Source: Candidatus Eiseniibacteriota bacterium (GTDB taxonomy: Bacteria > ARS69). Taken from it: DNA of 64,000 nucleotides. The notes beneath the pieces are model-generated. The model did no database searches and was not told where the DNA came from. It saw nothing but the letters and a program-made list of their open reading frames with translations. The stretch spans positions 1 to 64,000 of the forward strand of contig JBQTGV010000036.1 of assembly GCA_052390515.1 (NCBI GenBank). Direction: 5' to 3'. Below are positions 9,332 to 19,270 of this stretch, piece after piece. The position numbers and the translations under genes were made by a program. Position 1 is the stretch's first letter. Each line of letters opens with the position of its first letter.

Positions 9332-9385
9332 GGCGGACACGCGCTCGAAGCCGACGGCGCCCATCCATTGAGGAGTACGTCAGGC
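9332..9385 (+). other. Degenerate, shortened attC-like site
   Basis: GGCGGACACGCGCTCGAAGCCGACGGCGCC resembles a left arm; GTCAGGC (core with 1 mismatch) at 9379-9385 just before the next ATG. Confidence 0.45.
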
Positions 9386-9388
9386 CGT

Positions 9389-9940
9389 ATGAGAATCGTC
9401 CACGCGTCCCGCTGCACGCTGGAGCCTCAGGTTGCAGCGCACGCCCGCGAGATGTTCAATGTTCTCAGCGACCCTGCGATCTACGAGTTCGAAGGCCGCC
9501 CTCCGTCCAGCGAGGCTAGTTTGGCGGAGGGCTTCGCACGGCTGGAGAATCGCCGCTCCGCTGACGGCACACAGCACTGGCTCAACTGGGTCATCCGCGT
9601 GCCCACCGGGCGCTTGGCCGGCTACGTGCAGGCCACCGTCTTGGCGAGCGGAGTGTCTCTGGTCGCGTACGAGCTCGCGAGCAGGTACTGGCGGCAGGGT
9701 CTCGGTAGCAGCGCCGTTGCAGCGATGGCCACCGAGCTGAAGACCGTCTATGGCGTTCACACCCTCGTGGCTGTGCTGAAGGCACGAAACTACCGATCGC
9801 TCGCGTTGCTCCGAAGTCTCGGCTTCCAAGCTGCCAGCGAGCAGGAAGTGGCCGAGTATCGTGACACACCAGACGAAGTCGTCATGGTGAGGCGGGAGGG
9901 AGCGCAGATTGCGGGACGACCGCATTCTCCTCGGTGGTAG
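9389..9940 (+). CDS. GNAT N-acetyltransferase, RimJ/RimL type
   Basis: WLNWVIR…GYVQATV…YWRQGLG…NYRSLALLRSLGF. Confidence 0.85.
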   Translation: MRIVHASRCTLEPQVAAHAREMFNVLSDPAIYEFEGRPPSSEASLAEGFARLENRRSADGTQHWLNWVIRVPTGRLAGYVQATVLASGVSLVAYELASRYWRQGLGSSAVAAMATELKTVYGVHTLVAVLKARNYRSLALLRSLGFQAASEQEVAEYRDTPDEVVMVRREGAQIAGRPHSPRW

Positions 9941-10128
9941 AATGCCGTTGCACGTCGCGTGCGGCCGCAGCTCATACCCAACGGCCTGCGCCGGGAGGGA
10001 AATGTCCACGGCGCTCGCCTTGCCACCGAGGACCAGCACCGCCGCGGCCATGACGTACGAGCCGAGCCTTCTCGAAGTCGACATCGGAAACCTCCGAGAG
10101 TCCGCCCCGGGGCGCGCAATTCGCCGGC

Positions 10129-10515
10129 TAGTGTTCTGTCCACGAAGTCATGTTAATGCCTGACCGCCTTGCGGATGAGTTCCCCGGACTCCTTGGTCCA
10201 GACGAACGGCTTGGGATTCTCGTTCCAATGGGCGAGGAAGTGGTGGACGTGACGGATGAGCTGGCGGGCGGAGTCGAACGATCCGCGACGGATGGACTTC
10301 CAGGTCAGGACGCTGAACCACGCCTCGACGAGGTTCATCCACGAAGCACCTTTGGGCGTGAAGTGGAAGTGAACGCGCGGATGCGCCTCGAGCCACGCCT
10401 TCACCGCCGGCGTCGAGTGGATCGAGGAGTTGTCCAAGACGAAGTGGAGATCACGCCGGGGATAGAGACGCGCAACGCTCTTCAGAAAGTCGAGGAAGTC
10501 CGCTCCGGTGTGAGG
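10129..10515 (-). mobile_element. IS630-family remnant (transposase C-terminus and one end)
   Basis: HFVLDNSSIH, HFTPKGASWMNLVEAWF, PKPFVWTK; end reads …GGACAGAACAC-TAG on the minus strand; N-terminal part missing. Confidence 0.9.
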
Positions 10516-10533
10516 CGTAGGCTGTCGCGGTGA

Positions 10534-10559
10534 GCGCAGCTGATCCGCAAGCGTTAGCC
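10534..10559 (+). other. attC right arm with core site
   Basis: GCGCAGCTGATCCGCAAGC then GTTAGCC at 10553-10559. Confidence 0.7.
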
Positions 10560-10574
10560 CGACACCTTGGCTAC

Positions 10575-10616
10575 TTGACGCCACGGAGTGGAGTGATTAC
10601 CATGTAATCACTCCAC
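10575..10616 (+). promoter_or_regulatory. Sigma70-type promoter with autoregulatory operator for the TA module
   Basis: TTGACG-N17-TACCAT; perfect 13-bp inverted repeat GTGGAGTGATTAC-cat-GTAATCACTCCAC (10588-10616) overlapping the -10. Confidence 0.85.
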
Positions 10617-10627
10617 GGAGGTGCGTC

Positions 10628-10876
10628 ATGAAGGCCAAGGTCGTCAGGATCGGCAATTCGAAGGGCATTCGCCTCCCCAAGCCTCTCCTTGAGCAGGTGG
10701 GGTTAACGGAAGAGGTGGAGCTCGAGGTCAGAGACGGAGCGATCGTGATCACTCCGGGTGAGCAGGCCCGTCGGGGTTGGGCGCAGGCGGCTCAAGCCGT
10801 AGCGGCCCGCGGCGAGGACCAATTGCTCGACGCACCAATCCCCACAGAGTTCGACCGCGAGGAGTGGGACTGGTGA
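10628..10876 (+). CDS. mazE: AbrB/MazE family antitoxin
   Basis: KVVRIGNSKGIRLPK motif, acidic C-terminus, overlaps the toxin. Confidence 0.95.
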   Translation: MKAKVVRIGNSKGIRLPKPLLEQVGLTEEVELEVRDGAIVITPGEQARRGWAQAAQAVAARGEDQLLDAPIPTEFDREEWDW

Positions 10877-11205
10877 GAGTGACGGATGTCCGCCGGGGCC
10901 AAGTGTACCTGGTCTCGCTGGACCCGACCATCGGGCGCGAGATCAAGAAGACCAGGCCCTGCGTCGTCGTTTCGCCCGATGAGCTGAACGCGCATATGCA
11001 GACCTGCATTGTCGCGCCACTAACGACCGGGAGTCATACGTACCCGTTCCGCGTGTCGTGTCAGTTCCAGGGGAAGGGAGGTCATGTCGTTCTGGATCAG
11101 ATTCGAACCGTGGATCGGGCACGCTTGGTCAAGAGGCTGGGGCGTCTCTCCTCTCGGGCAGTTGAGCGGTCGCTCGTGGTACTGGGTGAGATGTTCGCTC
11201 CTTGA
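10864..11205 (+). CDS. mazF: PemK/MazF family endoribonuclease toxin
   Basis: RGQVYLVSLDPTIGREIKKTRPCVVVS, VAPLT, DQIRTVDR; start could be GTG 10864 or 10873. Confidence 0.95.
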   Translation: MGLVRVTDVRRGQVYLVSLDPTIGREIKKTRPCVVVSPDELNAHMQTCIVAPLTTGSHTYPFRVSCQFQGKGGHVVLDQIRTVDRARLVKRLGRLSSRAVERSLVVLGEMFAP

Positions 11206-11210
11206 GGGGG

Positions 11211-11326
11211 CGGGCTAAACTCCGGCTCGCGGAAGCACAGGACGAGACGCACGAATTCCCCGGCCTCGGTCAAATCCGTCGGATCGCGTGGCGGTGGCGC
11301 TCGCCGCTGAACCGCCGCCGTTGGGC
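11211..11326 (+). other. attC-like site closing the TA cassette
   Basis: CGGGCTAAAC (inverse core with 1 extra base) after the mazF stop; right arm GCTCGCCGCTGAACCGCCGCC then GTTGGGC at 11320-11326. Confidence 0.7.
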
Positions 11327-11346
11327 GGCGAAAAGAGGCGTTCGAC

Positions 11347-12135
11347 GTGCGGGATCAATGGGCGGCCGGGTCAACCTACGAGGACTTCATGGGCCGGTGG
11401 AGCCGCCGTCTCGCCCCGCAGTTCGTGGTCTGGTTGCGGATCCCTCGCGGTGTCCACTGGCTGGATGTCGGGTGCGGCACGGGGTCGCTTGCCGACGCGA
11501 TCTGCAGCCATGGCGCCCCGGCGTCCGTCGTAGGCTGCGATCCAGCAGCCGCTCTGGTCGAATTCGCTCGAGAGCATCACCGGGACGCCCGTGTTTCTTT
11601 CGCCACCGCCGGCGTCGGAAGCCTCCCACCCCGCCCTGGAGGGTACGGCAGTGTCAGCTCGCTGCTCGCCTTGAATTTCTTCCCAGACTGCGAAGCCGCC
11701 GTTCAAGAGATGCGGTCTGTCGCTGCGCCACGCGCCACGGTCTCCGCGTGCGTTTGGGACTACGCTGACGGAATGCAGTTCTTGCGCTACTTCTGGGATG
11801 CCGTAGCGGAAGTGGACCCGACGGCCCGAGAACTCGACGAGGGCAACCGGTTCCCCCTCTGCCGCCCCGATGCGCTGACGACACTGTTCCGCGGCGGCGG
11901 TCTTGGTGACGTGCGCTGTGACCCGATCGAGATCCCCACGGTGTTCGCCGGCTTCGATGACTACTGGCGCCCCCTTCTTGGAGGAACGGGTCCCGCTCCA
12001 TCGTACGTTGCTTCGCTTGACACTGATCGCCGCGCACTCTTGGCGCGGACGCTTGAGGGCACGTTGCGACGAGGAGCAGATGGAACGATCGCCCTCAGTG
12101 CTAGAGCGTGGGCGGTTCGCGGAACGGTGAACTGA
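11347..12135 (+). CDS. Class I SAM-dependent methyltransferase
   Basis: YEDFMGRWS, LDVGCGTG, VWDY. Confidence 0.9.
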   Translation: MRDQWAAGSTYEDFMGRWSRRLAPQFVVWLRIPRGVHWLDVGCGTGSLADAICSHGAPASVVGCDPAAALVEFAREHHRDARVSFATAGVGSLPPRPGGYGSVSSLLALNFFPDCEAAVQEMRSVAAPRATVSACVWDYADGMQFLRYFWDAVAEVDPTARELDEGNRFPLCRPDALTTLFRGGGLGDVRCDPIEIPTVFAGFDDYWRPLLGGTGPAPSYVASLDTDRRALLARTLEGTLRRGADGTIALSARAWAVRGTVN

Positions 12136-12149
12136 TTGGGCGGACGGAA

Positions 12150-12378
12150 TTGACGGACTATCTTCCGAGAGTTGCGAATGAGGATGTTCGCCGGATCCTC
12201 AAACGGGACTTTCGCCATCACCAAGAGGTGCTTCGGTTACATCGGGAATACGACGAGGCCTCAGACCGCGAAGCGTCGCGGGTGCATCTCGCGATCTTGA
12301 AGCTCAGTGGCGGGACCGTGGATCTCGGTCACCCCGCTGGCGCGAAACGAATGGATCTGTTGGGTCACGTCGGCCAAG
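12150..12378 (+). pseudogene. Stacked remnants: hypothetical gene plus YdeI/OmpD-associated fragment
   Basis: DVRRILKRDF…RVHLAILKLSGG fragment, then in another frame VTPLARNEWICWVTSAK (12328-12378). Confidence 0.45.
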
Positions 12379-12405
12379 TGCGCAGGCCGTGCTGTTGGCC
12401 CGGGT

Positions 12406-12436
12406 GCCCGCATCGCTGAAGCGCTGGCCGTTAGGC
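12406..12436 (+). other. attC right arm with core site
   Basis: GCCCGCATCGCTGAAGCGCTGGCC then GTTAGGC at 12430-12436. Confidence 0.6.
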
Positions 12437-12613
12437 AGCCTGAGGCACCACCTTCTCCAAGGCGGCGAATTGTGAAAGCTCGTTTACTCGACTTCCCTCT
12501 CACTCGAGGTGTGGCGCCGGTCATGGCCGGTGTAGGCCGTTTGCGATAGGATCCCCCGATGAGTCCGACGGTCTTCCGCGGCCGCAGGTCGCTCGTGAGG
12601 TGTGAGTGACGCC

Positions 12614-15274
12614 ATGCGCCTCGCCGTCGGGAATCGCCTAGGTCCGTACGAGATTCGGGCCGCCCTGGGCGCCGGCGGCATGGGCGAAGTGTATCGCGCT
12701 CGCGATACGAAGCTGCATCGCGATGTCGCGTTGAAGATCCTGCCCGAGCCGTTCGCGACCGATCCCGATCGTCTCGCGCGTTTCCAGCGAGAGGCCCAAC
12801 TCCTCGCGTCGGTCAATCATCCGCAGATTGCGTCGATCTACGGCTTCGAGGAGGCGGATGGTGTGCGGGCGCTGGTGCTGGAACTGGTAGAGGGGCCCAC
12901 GCTCGCGGATCGAATCGCGCAGGGGCCGCTGCCTCTCGATGAAGCGTTGCCGGTTGCACGACAGATCACGGAGGCGCTGGACGCGGCTCATGCGGTGGGC
13001 ATCATCCACCGTGACCTCAAGCCGGCGAACATCAAGCTCCGACCGGACGGTGCAGTCAAAGTCCTGGACTTCGGCCTGGCCAAGGCGCTCGAGCCGGCGT
13101 CGCGGGACGCCGACTCGTCCCAGTCACCCACGATGACTTCGCCGGCGATGACGCAAATGGGCGTCATCCTGGGGACGGCGGCGTACATGAGCCCCGAGCA
13201 GGCGAAGGGTCGAGCCGCCGACAAGCGCAGCGACATCTGGGCCTTCGGATGCGTGCTGTTCGAGATGCTCACGGGACATCGTGCGTTCCAGGGCGAGGAC
13301 GTCGCCGACACGCTCGCGCTCGTCCTGAGGAGTGAGCCGGCGTGGGGCTTGCTGCCGCCCGGGACCCCACCCTCGATCCGGCGCCTTCTCCGCCGCGGTC
13401 TCGAAAAGGATCGCAAGCGACGGCTCGCCGACGCGGCCGATGCGCGACTCGAGCTCGAGGAGAGCGCCACGGAGAGCGCGGCCGCCGGCGCTGCCGTGGA
13501 GCCGCCACGGTCCTCCTGGAGGATCTCCGTGCGTAACGGGTTTCTCTGGGCGGCGGCCGGCGCGTTGCTCGCGACCTCGATCTGGTTCGCCCGCGGCATG
13601 CTCGTGGAGGAGACGCCCGACGACACCTCGGTGATTCGCAGCTCGATCCTGCTTCCGGGCCGTCTGGGTTCGCGTTGGGGCGGCACGCTCGGCCCGAACC
13701 TGGCGCTGTCACCCGACGGCCGGCGCCTTGCATTCGTGGCCACGGATGCGAGCGGACGCCACCAGCTGTGGCTGCGGGACCTCGACGGCACCGCGGCTCG
13801 GCCGCTCCCCGACACCGATGAGGGCACCTCGCCGTTCTGGTCGCCGGACGGCCGATGGCTCGCATTCGTGGCGGGCGGCCGTCTCAGGAAGCTCAATCCA
13901 TCGGGAGGCCCGGCAGTCACCCTGTGCGAATCGGCTCTGGCGGGTGGGACTTGGAGTCGAGACGACGTCATCCTGTTCACCCATAGCGGGACCCAGACGC
14001 TGGCGCAGGTCCACGCGGCCGGCGGCGCGCCGTCTCTGCTGACCGAGCTCGAGTCCGAGGAGTATCGGCATGCGAATCCCTACTTCCTCCCGGACGGTCG
14101 CCACTTTCTGTACGTCACGATCGGGCTCATGGAGCAGGTTGCTGTCTACGTCGCGTCGCTCGACTCCCAGGAGCGGACCCGGTTGTCCGTGGACGCCGAG
14201 TTCGTCCAGGTGGCGGGAGGCTCCCTGCTGTTCGTGCGGGGAAGCACGCTGATGGCGCAGCCATTCGACGAACGTCGTCGGGCGCTCGTCGGGGCGGCGG
14301 TTCCGATCTCCGAACACCTGCGGATGGATTACTCGTGGCGGGGCAGGTACTTCAGCGTATCGCCAGCAGGCTTGCTCGTGTTCCAGGAGGATCCGTCGCC
14401 GGGATTCGAGCTCGTCTGGTTCGACCGTGAGGGGCGCCGGCTGGGTACGCTCGGAGAGCCGACCGACTACATGGACGTCTCGCTCTCGCCGGATGGCGGG
14501 CGTGCGCTGGTCTCGATCGGGGAACCGGGCACCACGAACCGCGATCTCTGGATCTTCGACGTCGCGCGGGGCCTCCGCACCCGTTTCACTACCAGTCCCG
14601 CGGCGGAGACGCACAGCATCTGGTCCCCGGACGGCAGTCGTATCGTATTCGACTCCATGCGGAAGGGACATCGCGACATGTATCAGAAGGCCGCCAACGG
14701 CACCGGGGACGAGGAGTTGTTGTTCGAGGACGAGTTCGACAAGAACCCGGTGAGCTGGTCGCCGGACGGGCGGTCTATCCTGTACATCCGGCGAAATGCC
14801 GGAACGGTCAATCTGTGGGTGTTGCCGCTCGAAGGTGATCGGAAGCCCTTTCCATTCCGAGAGTCGCCCTTCTTCGAAGTGCCTGGAGCTTTCTCGCCCG
14901 ACGGCCGGTGGGTGGCCTACGGCTCGACCGAGTCGGGGCGCACGGAGATCTACGTCTCACCGTTTCCCGGTCCGGGAGAGAAGGTGCAGGTCTCGCCGGG
15001 CGGCGGCTTCAACCCCAAGTGGCGCCGAGGCGGCAACGAGATCTTCTATCTTTCGCCGGACAACAAACTGATGGTCGCCTCAGTCGTGGCGAGCGCGGAA
15101 CGCTTCCATGTCGGGGAGGTGAAGCCGCTCTTCGAGCTGCCCAAGGTCGGCCCGCGGATCACCCATGACGTCTCGGCGGACGGGCAGCGCGTCCTGGCCG
15201 TGATGCGGAAGCCGGAGGCCGGCTCCTCCCCGCTCACGCTCGTGATCAACTGGCCGGCGTTGTTGAGAGACTGA
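12614..15274 (+). CDS. Hanks-type Ser/Thr protein kinase with TM helix and PD40/TolB-like beta-propeller
   Basis: [29 protein letters not shown]; repeated WSPDG/FSPDG blades. Confidence 0.95.
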   Translation: MRLAVGNRLGPYEIRAALGAGGMGEVYRARDTKLHRDVALKILPEPFATDPDRLARFQREAQLLASVNHPQIASIYGFEEADGVRALVLELVEGPTLADRIAQGPLPLDEALPVARQITEALDAAHAVGIIHRDLKPANIKLRPDGAVKVLDFGLAKALEPASRDADSSQSPTMTSPAMTQMGVILGTAAYMSPEQAKGRAADKRSDIWAFGCVLFEMLTGHRAFQGEDVADTLALVLRSEPAWGLLPPGTPPSIRRLLRRGLEKDRKRRLADAADARLELEESATESAAAGAAVEPPRSSWRISVRNGFLWAAAGALLATSIWFARGMLVEETPDDTSVIRSSILLPGRLGSRWGGTLGPNLALSPDGRRLAFVATDASGRHQLWLRDLDGTAARPLPDTDEGTSPFWSPDGRWLAFVAGGRLRKLNPSGGPAVTLCESALAGGTWSRDDVILFTHSGTQTLAQVHAAGGAPSLLTELESEEYRHANPYFLPDGRHFLYVTIGLMEQVAVYVASLDSQERTRLSVDAEFVQVAGGSLLFVRGSTLMAQPFDERRRALVGAAVPISEHLRMDYSWRGRYFSVSPAGLLVFQEDPSPGFELVWFDREGRRLGTLGEPTDYMDVSLSPDGGRALVSIGEPGTTNRDLWIFDVARGLRTRFTTSPAAETHSIWSPDGSRIVFDSMRKGHRDMYQKAANGTGDEELLFEDEFDKNPVSWSPDGRSILYIRRNAGTVNLWVLPLEGDRKPFPFRESPFFEVPGAFSPDGRWVAYGSTESGRTEIYVSPFPGPGEKVQVSPGGGFNPKWRRGGNEIFYLSPDNKLMVASVVASAERFHVGEVKPLFELPKVGPRITHDVSADGQRVLAVMRKPEAGSSPLTLVINWPALLRD

Positions 15275-15303
15275 TGCCGGTGCTTCAACAGCGGAGGAGT
15301 CGA

Positions 15304-16479
15304 ATGTCCTGGCGTCGCATCTCTGCTGCGGGGTTGGCCGGCCTGGTCTTTTCGCAGAGCGGCTACGGCCAGACCGCGGCGCGGCAGCAGTCCGCTTTCG
15401 AGCAGGCCGGGAGCGTGCTCCAGAACGCCGTCGCGAATGGAACGGTGGGCAGTGCGGTCGGCCTGATTGCACGAGGGGATCAGATCCTCTTTCTGGGTGC
15501 CGCCGGTGAGATCGAGCCCGGCGAGCCGATGCCGGTGAACGCGATCGCACGGCTGGCGTCGATCCAGAAGCCGATCACCGCTGCCGCGGTTCTCGTCCTT
15601 CACGAGCGCGGTCAACTCGATCTGGGCGAATCTGTAGACACTTGGTTTCCCGACTTCGGCGGACGCGTGCTGACAGCGGATGGCGATACGGTTGCCTCTT
15701 CGCGCTCCCCCACCGTGTTCGATTTGCTGACGCACCAGGCTGGGCTCGTACCCGAGGGACCGGAGCTCGATGAACTGTGGGAGGTTCCGACAACGCAGGA
15801 GTTCGCGCGACGAATCGGCCGGATTCCCCTTCGCTTCCACCCCGGCTCCCGATTCGAGTATGGCTGCTGCGGATCCGCCTACGAGGTACTGGCCGCGATC
15901 GTGGAGCAGGTCAGTGGCCAATCCTTCAAGGACTTCTTGGCTGCGAGCGTGCTCGGACCCCTCGGGATGACGGACACGTACTTCTCCGTGCCTGCAGCCA
16001 AGCGCCACCGGCTCGCGGCGCACTACGGACGAGATCGCGATGGAAAGCTCACCGTGGTTCGAGCACGCGGACAGGAAGAGCCGGAGAGCGCCTTCTACTC
16101 GGGGGGTGGAGGGCTCCGCTCGACGGTCACGGACTTCTATCGATTCCTGCTCATGCTCGTGAATGGTGGGGAGTTGGACGGAGTGCGTCTGTTGAAGCCC
16201 GAGTCGGTTCGCATGATGACGACGAACCGGGTGGGGTCGAGCTACACGACGCCGGGCTACGGCTGGGGATTCGGGGTGAGGGTGCAGGTAGACTCGACGG
16301 CGAGCGGCGCTGGTCGCGGAGCCTTCGGCTGGAATGGCGGAACAGGAACCAGATTCGAGGTCGATCCGGAGTCGGGCGCGATCGCGATCATCTTTGTTCC
16401 GACGTGGCCGGGGACGCCTGGTGTGAGCGAAGTCCGTACCGAGTTCCTTTGGAAAGCGATCGCAGCGGCGAGCCAGTGA
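15304..16479 (+). CDS. Secreted serine hydrolase, beta-lactamase family
   Basis: Signal peptide, SxxK (SIQK), LLTHQAGL, FHPGSRFEY, LGMTDT, WNG; GGAGGAG RBS (alternative ATG 15274). Confidence 0.9.
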   Translation: MSWRRISAAGLAGLVFSQSGYGQTAARQQSAFEQAGSVLQNAVANGTVGSAVGLIARGDQILFLGAAGEIEPGEPMPVNAIARLASIQKPITAAAVLVLHERGQLDLGESVDTWFPDFGGRVLTADGDTVASSRSPTVFDLLTHQAGLVPEGPELDELWEVPTTQEFARRIGRIPLRFHPGSRFEYGCCGSAYEVLAAIVEQVSGQSFKDFLAASVLGPLGMTDTYFSVPAAKRHRLAAHYGRDRDGKLTVVRARGQEEPESAFYSGGGGLRSTVTDFYRFLLMLVNGGELDGVRLLKPESVRMMTTNRVGSSYTTPGYGWGFGVRVQVDSTASGAGRGAFGWNGGTGTRFEVDPESGAIAIIFVPTWPGTPGVSEVRTEFLWKAIAAASQ

Positions 16480-16484
16480 GCATC

Positions 16485-16549
16485 CTGGGTGGCGTTTGCA
16501 GACCGACCGCGCCACGCAGGCGCGGCGGCTGAAGCTCAACCCGTTCGTC
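16485..16549 (+). other. attC-like site
   Basis: Stem TTGCAGACCGACCGCGCC / GGCGCGGCGGCTGAAG then CTCAACCC-GTTCGTC (degenerate core at 16543). Confidence 0.6.
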
Positions 16550-16576
16550 GGCCTACTGCTCGTGGAGGGCTCTTCC

Positions 16577-17755
16577 ATGTCAGTGCAATGCGGCCTACGG
16601 TGTGGTCGTGTCTTGGCGATCGTGTTCGTGGCGCTTCCCGGGAGTGCGTGTTCGGCACCGCAGGTCCAGCGGCCTCTGTTGGCTCCTGCGCCGGGCTCGC
16701 CCGTTTCCGTTGCCGGCGCGCCGGGGAGCGTCGTCATCGGTGAGGTGAACGGAGACAACCGGCCTGACCTGATGGTGGCGAGCGCGCGCGGCATCACCGT
16801 ACTCCTCGGCCAGGGCGATGGGCGGTTCCGCGTCGCGTCGAGCAGCCCGATCGACGTGCCCGAGCCCTCCACCGAGATGGTGCCGGGCGATCTCAACGGT
16901 GACGGCAAGCTGGACTTGGCGCTCGCCAGCCACGACAGCTACGGCGTGACGCTCCTCTTCGGCGACGGCAACGGCAGCTTCGCCACCGCACCCCACTCCC
17001 CCGTGATCATGAAAGAGGGCGAGCACCCGCATACGCACGGCCTCCATGTCGGTGACCTGAACGGCGACGGCAACCTCGACCTGGTCAGCGTCAACAGCGA
17101 CGACCACGACGTGTCGGTTGCCTTCGCTGACGGCAAGGGCGGCTTCACGCGGGCTGCTTCGCCCTTCCCCGTCGCCCCCAGTCCGTATCCGGGCGCGCTC
17201 GGCGACCTCGACGGCGACGGTGACCTGGACATCGTTGCCACCAGCACGGCTCGCCGGACCCAGCCGGGGGCGTCGACGGGCGCACTGACGGTGTTGCTCG
17301 GCGACGGCCGCGGGGACTTTCGCGGAAGTCCTGTCCCGCTGCGAACGGTCGCGCCGGGGTTCGTGGTCGTCGCCGACGTGAACGGCGACGGCAAGCCCGA
17401 CCTCGCCGCCAGCCACCTCGAGCGCAGCGAGTTGACGATCCTGACCGGCGACGGCAAAGGTGGCTTCGAGGAGACGGCCGGCTCCCCGTTCGACCTCGGA
17501 CATGCGGCCTGGCACTTCGCCGTGGCCGACGTGAGTGGAGACGGCAATGCCGACGTGGCTGCTGCGGCGGGCGATGGCGTGCGCGTCATGCTCGGCGACG
17601 GGCGGGGCGGGTTCCATCCGGCGCCGGGTTCGCCGTTCGCCACCGGACATGGGTCGTGGCAGCTCGCGGTCGGCGACGTGAACGGGGATGGCAAGTCTGA
17701 CGTGGTCACCAGTGATCTGGAGGGCAGTAGCGTGACGGTCTTGCTTGCGCAGTAG
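16577..17755 (+). CDS. FG-GAP/VCBS repeat protein, probable lipoprotein
   Basis: Seven GD(L/V)NGDGxxD-type repeats; signal peptide with GSAC. Confidence 0.9.
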   Translation: MSVQCGLRCGRVLAIVFVALPGSACSAPQVQRPLLAPAPGSPVSVAGAPGSVVIGEVNGDNRPDLMVASARGITVLLGQGDGRFRVASSSPIDVPEPSTEMVPGDLNGDGKLDLALASHDSYGVTLLFGDGNGSFATAPHSPVIMKEGEHPHTHGLHVGDLNGDGNLDLVSVNSDDHDVSVAFADGKGGFTRAASPFPVAPSPYPGALGDLDGDGDLDIVATSTARRTQPGASTGALTVLLGDGRGDFRGSPVPLRTVAPGFVVVADVNGDGKPDLAASHLERSELTILTGDGKGGFEETAGSPFDLGHAAWHFAVADVSGDGNADVAAAAGDGVRVMLGDGRGGFHPAPGSPFATGHGSWQLAVGDVNGDGKSDVVTSDLEGSSVTVLLAQ

Positions 17756-17784
17756 GATGGCCAGGCGGAGGGCGCCACCGCGGT

Positions 17785-17840
17785 GCCTGACACACTACGG
17801 CTGACGGCGCCTTGCGGAGCGGCCTTCGCGCTTGGTAGAA
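17785..17840 (+). other. Degenerate attC-like left arm
   Basis: GCCTGAC (inverse core with 1 mismatch) then ACACTACGGCTGACGGCGCC. Confidence 0.4.
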
Positions 17841-17898
17841 CTCAGAGTCCGGCCTGAACGACGGGACATCGGACATCACGACCAGTGGAGAGTGAACC

Positions 17899-18324
17899 GT
17901 GGCGCTGAAACCAAAGATCAAGGCGAAGCCGAAGGCAAAGGGGCTCGCCGGCCAGCGGAAGCACGACCCGGAGGATTGGCGCGAGGAGACGTTGGCCCGC
18001 ATGCGGGAGCTGATCCTGGAGGCCGACCCCGAGATGATCGAGGAACGGAAGTGGAAGAAGCCGTCGAATGCGATGGTCGGGGTCCCGGTCTGGTCGCACC
18101 ACGGGATCGTCTGCACCGGAGAGACGTACGCGAAGGTCGTGAAGCTCACCTTCGCCCGGGGCGCCAGCCTTCCGGACCCGTCGCGCCTCTTCAATTCCAG
18201 CTTGGAAGGCAACACGCGAAGGGCGATCGACATTCACGAAGGGGAGAAGATCGACGCGCGCGCGTTCAAGGCGCTCGTCAGGGCCGCCGTGGCCCAGAAT
18301 GGCCCGCCGGCGAAGAAACGGTAG
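17899..18324 (+). CDS. DUF1801/YdhG-like protein
   Basis: ADPEMIEERKW…PVWSHHGIVCTGETY…FNSSLEGNTRRAID. Confidence 0.85.
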   Translation: MALKPKIKAKPKAKGLAGQRKHDPEDWREETLARMRELILEADPEMIEERKWKKPSNAMVGVPVWSHHGIVCTGETYAKVVKLTFARGASLPDPSRLFNSSLEGNTRRAIDIHEGEKIDARAFKALVRAAVAQNGPPAKKR

Positions 18325-18329
18325 ACGCC

Positions 18330-18827
18330 ATGAGCAAGGCGAAGCGAAAGGCTCAGGGTACGATGGGCGCGGGCAAGCCACGTCACTCGGCCACCGGATC
18401 CACGTCCTCGCCGAAGGCAGGAGCGAGGAAAGTCGTCCTGCTATCCGGCGGAAACCCGCAGATCGCGAAGGCGGACGGCGACGCTCCGGTGCAGGCGTAC
18501 ATCGCCGCGATGCCCGGCTGGAAGCGCGACGTCGGGAAGCGACTCGACGCGCTGGTCGTGCGCAGCGTGCCCAACGTCTGCAAGGCCGTGAAGTGGAACT
18601 CGCCATTCTACGGCATCGAAGGTCAGGGGTGGTTCCTGACGTTCCATGTCTTCACCCGCTACGTCAAGGTGGCCTTCTTCCGCGGTGCGCGGCTACGACC
18701 GGTCCCGCCCGGCCCCAGCAAGGACCAGAACACGCGCTACATCGACATCCACGAGGACGATCTCGACGAGGCGCAGATGGTGAAGTGGGTGAAGCAGGCG
18801 GCCGCGTTGCCCGGCTGGGTCCCGTAG
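18330..18827 (+). CDS. DUF1801/YdhG-like protein
   Basis: LLSGGNPQIAKADGDAPVQAYI…KAVKWNSPFYG. Confidence 0.85.
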   Translation: MSKAKRKAQGTMGAGKPRHSATGSTSSPKAGARKVVLLSGGNPQIAKADGDAPVQAYIAAMPGWKRDVGKRLDALVVRSVPNVCKAVKWNSPFYGIEGQGWFLTFHVFTRYVKVAFFRGARLRPVPPGPSKDQNTRYIDIHEDDLDEAQMVKWVKQAAALPGWVP

Positions 18828-18878
18828 ATCCGGAGGTCCGATCCACGCGCGCCCCCTCACAGAGAGGAGATACGGACA

Positions 18879-19157
18879 GTGCCGAGGTTCCTGATCGAGG
18901 TTCCCCACGAATCGACCCGGTTGGCGTGTGCCCGGGCGGTCAAGGTCTTCCTCCAGACCGGTTCCCACTTCTTCACGCACGCGGATTGGGGATGCAGGGA
19001 CGGGGAGCACAAAGCATGGCTCTTGGTGGACGTCGATAGCAGGGATGAGGCCCGAGCCATTGTGCCGCCCGCATTCCGTCCTCAGGCGAAGGTCGTTCAG
19101 CTCAACGCGTTCTCGATGGAGGAGATCGACGACATCCTTCGTCAGTACCATCCGTAG
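18879..19157 (+). CDS. Small conserved-looking hypothetical protein
   Basis: GAGGAG RBS; FLIEVPH…WGCRDGEHKAW. Confidence 0.7.
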   Translation: MPRFLIEVPHESTRLACARAVKVFLQTGSHFFTHADWGCRDGEHKAWLLVDVDSRDEARAIVPPAFRPQAKVVQLNAFSMEEIDDILRQYHP

Positions 19158-19270
19158 CTGGACCCGACCGGATGCCGGCGTCCGCCTCCGTTCGGCATGC
19201 ATCACCGACCGGCTCCACGTCGAACCGAGAGCCGGCTGCCGCGAACGAAAGTTTGGAGGAAGTGATCACG

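Noticed and set aside
10150-10533. 127-aa + strand ORF
   Set aside because: Antisense shadow of the IS630 transposase.
16700-17710. Recurring GGCGAC…AACGGCGACGGC nucleotide motifs
   Set aside because: Explained by FG-GAP protein repeats.
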